A DNA stretch of 64,000 nucleotides from Nanobdellota archaeon (GTDB taxonomy: Archaea; Nanobdellota; Nanobdellia; Parvarchaeales; Parvarchaeaceae): contig JAJZNV010000005.1 in the NCBI GenBank assembly GCA_021852265.1, positions 8,402 through 72,401 on the forward strand. Reading direction: 5' to 3'. The notes beneath the pieces were generated by a model. It had not been told where the DNA came from. It made no database searches and saw nothing but the letters and a program-made list of their open reading frames with translations. The position numbers were made by a program, and so were the translations under genes. Positions 56,206-64,000 of this stretch are shown here, in pieces. How positions within the stretch are numbered: position 1 is the stretch's first letter; every line of letters begins with the position of its first letter.

Positions 56206-58520
56206 TAGATTTTAATTTTGTGTGCTTTAATAAATACATCTTTATAATTTTGTAGATCTGCAGGTATTGCAATTCCGCTTATTTCACCGTTCAATGGGAT
56301 ACCGCTACTCTTTTTTGTGGTCCAGACAGTACTATCAAAATCTCCGATTGATTGGATCAGCTCAGAGAAATCTTGGGTATCGAGTTTATTCGAAAATATA
56401 CTCTGTTTTATATCTTTTGAGTATAGTCCTTGATATATATGCTGCGTAAAAAAGGGAGCTATCGGGTTCAAGAGTTCTAGCGTATTCATAAGAATGTGAT
56501 TAAGTGTGAATATCGCAGATTTGTCACCACCATAAGCAGATGATTTTCTTAGTTCAAGGTAGTGGTCTGCAAATATATTTATAACGAAATTTTTAATCTC
56601 ACGAAGGGCTTTGAAGAAATCATACTGGTTATATTGTATTAAAATGTTGTTGTAGATTCTGTTAAACTCCTTTATGAATACCTCATCGAAACCATCGATT
56701 TTGTTGGGTTGCGTTGTCTGATCTTTTCCGAATTGTGATATGAATTTTGCTATATTCGATATTTTATTTATTATGCGCTCTGCCTCATTTATTTTTTCTT
56801 TTGAGTATCTTATGTCGCCTTCAACAAGATTACCTCCTAGATACGCCCATAAACGTATTACGTCTCCGCCGTTTTCCTTTAAAGCTTTCTCTATTAGTAT
56901 GCCATTTCCTTTGCTCTTGGAGAATTTTTCACCAAACTCATCAATAGCATGGTTTGTTATTAATACCTCGTTGAACGGTTTTTTGCCGGTTAACTGGTAT
57001 GATTTCAACATTGTATAAAAGAGCCATGTTCTTATAATCTCCTTCCCCTGCGGCCTTATAGACGTTGGAAAATTCTTTTCGAAGAACTTGGAGTCTTTTC
57101 CGTATCCAAGTATAAAAAGGTTTGAATTGCTGGAATCCATCCAAGTATCAAATATACGCGTTTCACCAGTCAGTTTTTTTGAACCGCATTTACCACAACC
57201 CAAGTCTTTCGGCGTCTCTTTCCAGGGTTGGTAATATCGTCCTGGCTCTGGCGCAACATACTCACCACAATCTTTGCATTTCCATAGGGGTATCTCTGTA
57301 CCGTAATAGCGTGTTCTTGATATTGGCCAGTCCCGGTCTATTGATTTTATCCAATCCAATAGTATCTGTCTGGATTCCTTCTTATAAAATTCCATGGACC
57401 CCGATAATTCAGTTAACATGTCCTTTAACTCTTTTTGCTTTAAGTATAATTCTTTTTCGCGTATCAGTTCTACTGCATTTTTAGATCGCCAGCATATTGG
57501 CTTCTCCGTCTTAATAACCTCTTCTTTTATTAAGTGGCCTCCCTTCTTTAAGTCATCAACTATCTTTTCCCTTGCTTTTGATACACTTAAGCCAGTGTAA
57601 TCTCCGGAATCCTGCATCTTTCCATTTTCATCTATTATTATTTTTTCTTTTAAATTGTATTTTTTGAATAATTCCGCATCTCTCTTATCACCATATGAGC
57701 ATATCATCATCACTCCCGTACCAAAGTTAAGATCTATGGATTCATCTCGTATAACCGGTACTTCCACCCCTGTTACCGGCATAATTGCCTTATTTAACCC
57801 AGTGTATCGGTTATCCGCAGGATTTACGCATAGTGCTGCACAGGCAGGAATAAGTTCTGGACGGGTTGTAGCTATATCTAGCATTTTACCATCTATTTTA
57901 ACACTTATAGTGAATAATTTTGAGTCCTTTTCTTCATACTCTACTTCTGCATCAGATAAAGTTGTATGGCATGCGGTACAATAATTAACAAGTTGCGTGT
58001 CTTCGTATATCTTGCCTTCTTTCCACAGTTTTATGAATATAGATTGCCCAAATGCCCTATATTCTTGGCTATCCGTTTCGTATGCTCCTCCAAGTTCACC
58101 AGTGACTGTGTAGCTATTGAATGAAAACCCCAATCGTTTGAAAACGTTCTTGTTCTTATCTCTATATTTATCCAATAAGTTCCTGCAGGCTTCCACATAC
58201 TCTTCTCTTGGCGTTTTTCTTATATCGACGCCGAATTCTTTTTCAGCCTGTACTTCTATGGGTAGCCCGTTCTTGTCCAGTCCGAATGGAAATAAGACGT
58301 TAAATCCGAGTGCGCGCTTTACTCTCGCTACAGTATCTATGTAAGTGTATGCTGCGGCATGGCCGACATGCAACTCTGCATTTATGTATGGCGGCGGCGT
58401 ATCAATAGAGAATACCCCTGCATTCGATTTCTTACTGAATCCGAATGGCCAGGACTTTTCCCAGTCCTCAAGTACATCATTCTCTATCTTTATCCGCTCC
58501 TGGGCATTCATATTACTCAA
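56205..58520 (-). CDS. valS: Valyl-tRNA synthetase
   Basis: 771 aa, class Ia. TPPPYINAELHVGH (HIGH), ATTRPELIPA, DWPISRTRYYGTEIPLW, FDTWMDSS and KFSKSKGN (KMSKS). Confidence 0.75.
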   Translation of the reverse strand: MSNMNAQERIKIENDVLEDWEKSWPFGFSKKSNAGVFSIDTPPPYINAELHVGHAAAYTYIDTVARVKRALGFNVLFPFGLDKNGLPIEVQAEKEFGVDIRKTPREEYVEACRNLLDKYRDKNKNVFKRLGFSFNSYTVTGELGGAYETDSQEYRAFGQSIFIKLWKEGKIYEDTQLVNYCTACHTTLSDAEVEYEEKDSKLFTISVKIDGKMLDIATTRPELIPACAALCVNPADNRYTGLNKAIMPVTGVEVPVIRDESIDLNFGTGVMMICSYGDKRDAELFKKYNLKEKIIIDENGKMQDSGDYTGLSVSKAREKIVDDLKKGGHLIKEEVIKTEKPICWRSKNAVELIREKELYLKQKELKDMLTELSGSMEFYKKESRQILLDWIKSIDRDWPISRTRYYGTEIPLWKCKDCGEYVAPEPGRYYQPWKETPKDLGCGKCGSKKLTGETRIFDTWMDSSNSNLFILGYGKDSKFFEKNFPTSIRPQGKEIIRTWLFYTMLKSYQLTGKKPFNEVLITNHAIDEFGEKFSKSKGNGILIEKALKENGGDVIRLWAYLGGNLVEGDIRYSKEKINEAERIINKISNIAKFISQFGKDQTTQPNKIDGFDEVFIKEFNRIYNNILIQYNQYDFFKALREIKNFVINIFADHYLELRKSSAYGGDKSAIFTLNHILMNTLELLNPIAPFFTQHIYQGLYSKDIKQSIFSNKLDTQDFSELIQSIGDFDSTVWTTKKSSGIPLNGEISGIAIPADLQNYKDVFIKAHKIKI

Positions 58521-59844
58521 AAATTAATTCCTGTCCGTCAAGAAGTATGTGTGAGGTCTTATTCAATTCATAACCGAGTTCTTTGGCCAGTTCAATGCCA
58601 ACACTTATTTTTTCCATGCCGCCATGCGATGGAATGTAATGTTTTGGTCTAAGCATTTTTAACATTAGTTTGTGCTCATTTTTAGACGCGTGACCAGATA
58701 CATGTACGTTATCTGCAACATTTACATTAAGGTCGTCCAGAGCCTTTTGTAGCATACTGCGATTTGCAGTATTCAGTGGTGTGGGTATAACCCTCGATGA
58801 AAATATTACCGCGTCATCTTCACCAAGTTTATAGTCGTATTGTCCAGTAACTAGTTTATCAAGAAAAGCCCCTTTCTCGCCCTGATGTCCAGTACAGATG
58901 ACGACATATTTACCGGGTCGGTCTCTTACATACTTTAGTAGATTATTTATCTGCTCCTTTCGCATGGCTATATCTGGGAATTTTGCTTTCTCTATCGTTT
59001 TTGTGTCTATCGCAGCCTTTATGTACATTGACATGCTCCTGCCAAATATCATGACCTGCCTGTTCAATTTACGGCTTATCTCTACAATGTTCTTTATTCT
59101 TGCGATATGCGATGAGAAAGTCGTTATAAAAATTGTTTTGTTATCCAACGTCTTTTTTATAACATCTTCCAGCATTGTTCTAACTATACTCTCAGAAAAG
59201 GTGTATCCATCCTGATCTACATTCGTTGAATCTAAAATTAGACTATGCACGCCTTCTTTTGAGATTTGTTCAAGTCTTTCATAATCTGGCTTTTTCCCAA
59301 GGGTTGGTGTATCATCAAGCTTCCAGTCATTTGCATAAACTATCGCACCATATTTGGTGTGCAGAACGGAAATTGCCGAATTTGGTATTGAATGCGTTAT
59401 ATTTACAAATTCGAGAGTCAGGTGCTCCGAAAGTTTGTACTTGCTGCCGGTGTTTAGATTTATCAACCTCAAATTTTTCTGCTTGAAATTTTTCATTAAA
59501 TGCTCTATTACTTTTATTGTGAATGGGGTAGCAAAGATGGGACACTTATATTTAGCCGCTAAAAATGGTACCGCCCATATATGGTCAAGGTGACCATGTG
59601 TAAGGGCAATTGCTTTGACTTTTTTACCGTTTTCCTCAAAGAAGTCCCTATCATTCGGTATTACGCCATTATCTATAAGCGCCTCAGCATCATGCAGAGA
59701 AATATAATTTTTATCCTCTTCAAAATCTACTAATTTTTCTATGTCGGCACCCATATCAGTTATAACGATCTCATTATCGACTTCTATTGCCGTCATGCTT
59801 TTTCCAATCTTACTATATCCACCAAATGCTTTTATTTTTATCAT
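58513..59844 (-). CDS. rnj: Archaeal ribonuclease J (MBL/beta-CASP)
   Basis: 443 aa. LTHGHLDHIWAVP (HxHxDH), a beta-CASP middle region and C-terminal VSGHASKNEH. Confidence 0.7.
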   Translation of the reverse strand: MIKIKAFGGYSKIGKSMTAIEVDNEIVITDMGADIEKLVDFEEDKNYISLHDAEALIDNGVIPNDRDFFEENGKKVKAIALTHGHLDHIWAVPFLAAKYKCPIFATPFTIKVIEHLMKNFKQKNLRLINLNTGSKYKLSEHLTLEFVNITHSIPNSAISVLHTKYGAIVYANDWKLDDTPTLGKKPDYERLEQISKEGVHSLILDSTNVDQDGYTFSESIVRTMLEDVIKKTLDNKTIFITTFSSHIARIKNIVEISRKLNRQVMIFGRSMSMYIKAAIDTKTIEKAKFPDIAMRKEQINNLLKYVRDRPGKYVVICTGHQGEKGAFLDKLVTGQYDYKLGEDDAVIFSSRVIPTPLNTANRSMLQKALDDLNVNVADNVHVSGHASKNEHKLMLKMLRPKHYIPSHGGMEKISVGIELAKELGYELNKTSHILLDGQELIFE

Positions 59845-60767
59845 ATACTATTTATAAAATCACCTACGTTTTTAATCTTATCCATTTTGGATAAGCGTTC
59901 TAGACTCTTAATTACTCCGCTGCCATACTGCATAGCCCGCTTATGCCTACTGCTCAGGAGGTTTCCGAGTCCCAATTTTTTACCTATTCTTCTGATTATT
60001 ATCTTACTGCCACTATTATTACGCATCCGATCGACATTTAGCCTTAACGCAGATTTGATTACAGAATCATCAAGGTACGGCGTAAGAATATTAACGCCAG
60101 TATGCTCAGACAATATGCGTATACGTAATAGATCCGTCGCCGATAGGTAGAATAACCTACTCAGTCTATACTCCGTTAAAGCCCCTTTAGCTAAATCTTT
60201 GTGCCGTCTGAATCCAAAGAATAGTTCATCGCTGCCAAGTCCGCTCACAACGCGATGGTATCCTTTGCTTCTAGCATATGATACCGCGATGTATTCCACC
60301 ACTCCAAGTATTATGTTATAAGTGTCAAGGTTCATGCGCTTTAAACTATTGACGGCGTCCAACACATCCTCATTGCGGATTATAACTGCCGACATAGGAA
60401 CTTTTAATCGTTCACATAGAATTCTTGCGTATTTTATGTCTTCACTATCTTCAAACCCAACTGAGATAAAAGCGCAATCTTTACGTATTGTTTTCGCCAT
60501 CACCGCCAAGACAGATGAGTCTATTCCCCCCGAAATAAGAACTGCATCAAAATCACCACAGTGCTTGACTGCCTCAAACAACGCTTTCTCGACAGTACGG
60601 TTTCTACATTTTGACGCCCCCTTTTGTTTTATTCTCAGTGTTTTACCGGTTTCTATAACAGAATTAGGGGGCAATATAAAATCTAAATCGCCTAATTTTA
60701 CAGAAATGGCCCCAGAGTTCACTGCGTCTGTTTTTATTTCGTTCGTTTTATTTCTTAATCTCATCAT
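59841..60767 (-). CDS. Asparagine-synthetase-domain-like PP-loop ATP pyrophosphatase
   Basis: 308 aa. LISGGIDSSVLAVMA and SGLGSDELFFGF are typical of the AsnB C-terminal domain. No glutaminase domain. Confidence 0.6.
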   Translation of the reverse strand: MMRLRNKTNEIKTDAVNSGAISVKLGDLDFILPPNSVIETGKTLRIKQKGASKCRNRTVEKALFEAVKHCGDFDAVLISGGIDSSVLAVMAKTIRKDCAFISVGFEDSEDIKYARILCERLKVPMSAVIIRNEDVLDAVNSLKRMNLDTYNIILGVVEYIAVSYARSKGYHRVVSGLGSDELFFGFRRHKDLAKGALTEYRLSRLFYLSATDLLRIRILSEHTGVNILTPYLDDSVIKSALRLNVDRMRNNSGSKIIIRRIGKKLGLGNLLSSRHKRAMQYGSGVIKSLERLSKMDKIKNVGDFINSI

Positions 60768-61098
60768 AAATTTTTATACGGAGTTTTTCTCCAGTTTTAA
60801 TCTTAAAAGTATTCTTTGTCGGCAACTCAAGTACATGCACAGAATTTTTCGGGCCGTAATAAAGGCGCCATTTCATTGCGATCTTATCGTCTACTACTCT
60901 AAATTCGCTGTCGAGCCACAGCACTCTAAGTTTAAATCTGACAAAGTTCATATGGATATCCTTTACATCAGGCAAAAATGCGCCATTGCCAGGCGAGCTT
61001 ACAAACATTAGTCCCTTAAGTTTAGAAGTAAAAGTGCCGCAATATTTAACTCTTCTAGCGACTCGTCTCTTTCCAAGATAGAAATCACATACTCTCAT
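60748..61098 (-). CDS. DUF192-family protein
   Basis: 116 aa. KGLMF.....GAFL.......IHMNFVRFKLRVLWLDSEFRVV follows the DUF192 pattern. Confidence 0.5.
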   Translation of the reverse strand: MRVCDFYLGKRRVARRVKYCGTFTSKLKGLMFVSSPGNGAFLPDVKDIHMNFVRFKLRVLWLDSEFRVVDDKIAMKWRLYYGPKNSVHVLELPTKNTFKIKTGEKLRIKIYDEIKK

Positions 61099-61105
61099 AG
61101 TTAAT

Positions 61106-61705
61106 CTAAAAATCTAGCTCTTTGCTAAGAAAATCATCTAGGGCAACCTTATCAAGCTTTTCTTTTTCTTCTTTTGTTGCCAATTCACCTGCTAAAAGAT
61201 ACAGTATAAGTCCTATACTATTCCCGTTCTTATTATTTCCAGGGATTATAAGGTCTATAAAACCGATCTTATTATCGGTATCACAAATTCCGATAATTGG
61301 TATATTTATTTTCTTAGCATCATTTATTGCTCTCCGGTTTGCATTTGGATCCGTTACAAACAAAATCTTCGGCTCGAAGAAGTTCTTATAATTTATATTA
61401 GTCAATGAACCAGCGAGATACCTGCCGAAATTAACACTTATGTTCATTAGCTTGGCAAAGTTATAAATTGCGTAATATGCACTGTCGAGAGTACATACCA
61501 AAAGTATATCCTTCCGTTTGTACCCTCCCAACATTTTGGCCGCAAGTTTTATTCTTTCGTCTATAAGCTTTATATTCAATATTGTAAATTTATTGGCGAT
61601 TCGTTTGAATATAAATCTGCTAAGAGCATTATTTATGGTGCTTGTGCCTATCCTAGTACCGTATTTTTTATAGGCTTCTAACTTCTCAATTTTCTTGAAT
61701 ACCAT
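61106..61705 (-). CDS. rps2: 30S ribosomal protein S2 (uS2)
   Basis: 199 aa. GRYLAGSLTN, ILFVTDPNANRRAINDAKKINIPIIGICDTDN. Conserved eno-rps2 adjacency. Confidence 0.85.
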   Translation of the reverse strand: MVFKKIEKLEAYKKYGTRIGTSTINNALSRFIFKRIANKFTILNIKLIDERIKLAAKMLGGYKRKDILLVCTLDSAYYAIYNFAKLMNISVNFGRYLAGSLTNINYKNFFEPKILFVTDPNANRRAINDAKKINIPIIGICDTDNKIGFIDLIIPGNNKNGNSIGLILYLLAGELATKEEKEKLDKVALDDFLSKELDF

Positions 61706-61706
61706 C

Positions 61707-62870
61707 TTATTGTAATTCGAGTAGTCTATTTATCTTTTCTACTCTCTCTCCTCTATTGATTCCTACTTTTAAATACTTTGCGCCAGTACCAACCGCTATG
61801 TCGGATATAATCGGAATACAGGTCTCTTCGGATCTGTGGGATACTATCTTAGTGAACTTTAGCTTGTCTGCCATAACCGAGAACTCTGATACCTTGTATA
61901 AGAGGCCAACTTGATTGGGTTTTATTAATACGGAATTTATATTCCCCTCTGCAGAAGAAAGCCTTTCCGTTTTGGTGGCAGTGACATCATCCCCTACTAC
62001 TAGCGCACTGGTTTCGGAGAGGACCTTCCCATAATCTTCTATTAGTGTTTCATCGACGGGGTCTTCAATATAATACAGGTCAAATTCCTCTGATAATTTC
62101 TTTATGAGGTCCACTTGCTCATCTCGTGAGACCTCCTTTCTCCCATATAACGGTTTTTTATAAACATACTTCCCATCCTGATAGAATGTTGAAGCTGCCA
62201 TATCTATTCCGAGACGGATATCTTTGCCTGTTTTTTGTATTATATGTTCTACGGCTTTCTTCGCCAATTTTAATGATTCATAATTATCAAGTCCGGTGAC
62301 AAATCCTCCTTCAGGATCAACTCCTCCCAGAAAACTGTATGTGCTGCCCTTTAGGAGTTCTTTTAACTCCTTATACACTGCAAGGGTACTAGCCACGCTT
62401 TCTTTTATGTTGTCATCTAATGTCATTACAAGTATCTCTTGGATGTCCATGCCCAGATTTCCAGCGTGTACGCCCCCTCCGAGTATCTTGGATACTGGGA
62501 CAACAGGAGATTTTTTTCCAAAAAAAGAGTAGGGTTCTACTCTCAGGGAAGCGCTTAATGCATATAACAATGCATATGACAAAGATAGGGAAGGGCCTCC
62601 TACAAATCTTTCAGGAATCAATTTCTCTACTCCGTATATATCCTGGATTTCGTTTATATCACGGTTTTTTAATCCACTTAAAAAGGTGTTAAACTCTCTG
62701 ATTTCCGAGTCTAAGTCCCCTCTGAACTGCAGTACTTCGTATTTACTATTACTCTCACCTGCAGGTGATGAGCCACGGAAAAAGCCATCTTCAGTCTCCA
62801 CCTTTACTTGTATTGTAAAATTCGAATTTGAGTTTAATACCTTATTTCCAATGGCACTTTTTATCTTCAT
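61707..62870 (-). CDS. eno: Enolase (short, divergent)
   Basis: 387 aa. LIKPNQVG, VSHRSEETCIPIISDIAVGTGAKYLKVG (compare SHRSGETED) and GERVEKINRLLEL. Confidence 0.8.
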   Translation of the reverse strand: MKIKSAIGNKVLNSNSNFTIQVKVETEDGFFRGSSPAGESNSKYEVLQFRGDLDSEIREFNTFLSGLKNRDINEIQDIYGVEKLIPERFVGGPSLSLSYALLYALSASLRVEPYSFFGKKSPVVPVSKILGGGVHAGNLGMDIQEILVMTLDDNIKESVASTLAVYKELKELLKGSTYSFLGGVDPEGGFVTGLDNYESLKLAKKAVEHIIQKTGKDIRLGIDMAASTFYQDGKYVYKKPLYGRKEVSRDEQVDLIKKLSEEFDLYYIEDPVDETLIEDYGKVLSETSALVVGDDVTATKTERLSSAEGNINSVLIKPNQVGLLYKVSEFSVMADKLKFTKIVSHRSEETCIPIISDIAVGTGAKYLKVGINRGERVEKINRLLELQ

Positions 62871-62940
62871 TACTTAAATAATATCTTTAATTATTTATAG
62901 ATTCCAATCATAATGGTATCTACAAAATGTGACAAATCTA

Positions 62941-63684
62941 TCATTTTTCTATCTTTCTAGAAAAAAGTAGAAATGCGGTGTGTGTTATACCGTCACTTTC
63001 CGGTCGTAGTATATCCCTACTTAAATCAACTTTCCAGTTGTTTTCCACAGTACTTATTAGCCGTTCCACCTTCATTGATGCAGGTAGGGACTTTAAGGTC
63101 CTCTCTACTTGTATTATAGACGGCGAGTAAGTGCATAATCGTCCACCAACCTTTATTGATTTTATTACAGTTGGAATCACCTCCCACGGGTCAGGTAAAT
63201 CAAGAAGGACAAAATCAAATTCTTTTTGTTTCACGCCTTTCTTTATGTCTGCATTTATTATTGAGACATTTTGTAATCCATAAAGTGCAACGTTTTTATT
63301 CGCTACCTTTGCAAAATCGCCCCTTCTTTCGTATGAAACAACTTTTCCTTCCTTGGCAAAAGAAGCCATTACACAAGTTGCGAATGCCGAGCCAGTTCCG
63401 GCCTCAAGTATTTTGCTGTTTGCTTTTATACCAGAATAGGCTAGTACACTTCCTATATCCTTCAGTGTTATTATCTGTGGGAGTCTTATCATCTTTCTGA
63501 AAAGATCCGGAGCCGAAGGCTCTACAACAAAGAATACTTTTCCAATATGGGTCTTTATCTTAGACCCCGCCTTTGCCTTCTTTAACTGTTCTGATTTTAT
63601 AATACCGAATTCTGTATTCGAATCCTTGTTTATATCTAACCAAAGACTGGCTTCAGAATTTATAAGAAATATTTTCTTTTCCAT
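62941..63684 (-). CDS. trmI: tRNA (adenine-N1)-methyltransferase TrmI/Gcd14 family
   Basis: 247 aa with SAM motif ILEAGTGSAFATCVMA and LLDLPDPWEV. Confidence 0.8.
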   Translation of the reverse strand: MEKKIFLINSEASLWLDINKDSNTEFGIIKSEQLKKAKAGSKIKTHIGKVFFVVEPSAPDLFRKMIRLPQIITLKDIGSVLAYSGIKANSKILEAGTGSAFATCVMASFAKEGKVVSYERRGDFAKVANKNVALYGLQNVSIINADIKKGVKQKEFDFVLLDLPDPWEVIPTVIKSIKVGGRLCTYSPSIIQVERTLKSLPASMKVERLISTVENNWKVDLSRDILRPESDGITHTAFLLFSRKIEK

Positions 63685-63935
63685 CAGTTTGTCTTTATTA
63701 TGTTTATTATGTTTCCATACTCTGAGTAGTCTGCGATCTTTTTTGCATTGGTTATAATGAAAGAAACCGTTTTATAAGAGGCGGCATACCCTGCGAATTT
63801 TATAAAGTCCTTTTTGGTTAAGTTGGCTTTCATTGCCATTATAACAATAGATTTAAGCCGATTTGGTCCGTATTCACAAATATACACTCCAGGGTCTACC
63901 TTATCCACGCCGCTAAAACCATATCCGAAAAGCAT
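63684..63935 (-). CDS. Hypothetical protein, N-terminus possibly beyond or near the window edge
   Basis: 83-aa ORF from the first Met. The reading frame may continue toward 64000. No family recognised. Confidence 0.3.
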   Translation of the reverse strand: MLFGYGFSGVDKVDPGVYICEYGPNRLKSIVIMAMKANLTKKDFIKFAGYAASYKTVSFIITNAKKIADYSEYGNIINIIKTN

Positions 63936-64000
63936 ATTCTTAACCTCTGTTGTAGGTAAAGTTTGTATAGGGCCCCTTTTTGCTTTTGAATGTTTTACTT

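Noticed and set aside
60322-61011. 229-aa plus-strand ORF
   Set aside because: It overlaps two well-supported minus-strand genes (the AsnB-like PP-loop protein and DUF192) and has a low-complexity composition.

Overview
This is an AT-rich archaeal chromosomal segment. The archaeal assignment rests on the thermosome, PCNA, aEF-1beta, Pth2, aMBF1, L37e, an Sm protein, Hel308, RNase J and intron-containing tRNAs. Compact genes and several shortened enzymes suggest a small-genome lineage (DPANN- or Thermoplasmata-like), but the lineage cannot be assigned from sequence alone. Most of the window is tightly packed housekeeping: pheS/pheT, serS, trpS, lysS and valS; r-proteins S7, S2 and L37e; enolase; trxB; Sua5; a TtuA/TtuB-like sulfur relay; and five tRNAs, three of them with introns. 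The main feature is a 13,536-bp casposon-like self-synthesizing transposon at 37158-50693. It has perfect 223-bp terminal inverted repeats and a 14-bp target-site duplication that overlaps the 3' end of an intron-containing tRNA (probable Arg-UCG). Its core encodes a family B DNA polymerase with intact exonuclease and polymerase motifs, a solo Cas1 (casposase) with a C-terminal HTH, two different HNH nucleases and a wHTH protein. No CRISPR array or cas2 is present in the window. The element ends carry unusual cargo: a processive-type GT2 glycosyltransferase on the left, and two paralogous type IV pilin-like surface proteins on the right, one of them frameshifted. Secondary observations are a GC-elevated intergenic candidate structured RNA, a probable tRNA-Ile with a UAU anticodon, an RHH protein and a CysD-like protein that share a C-terminal tail, a 38-bp direct duplication, a truncated MBL gene next to a tRNA, and an unlisted 46-aa zinc-ribbon ORF. 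All functional calls come from motif recognition by eye. No database searches were run.
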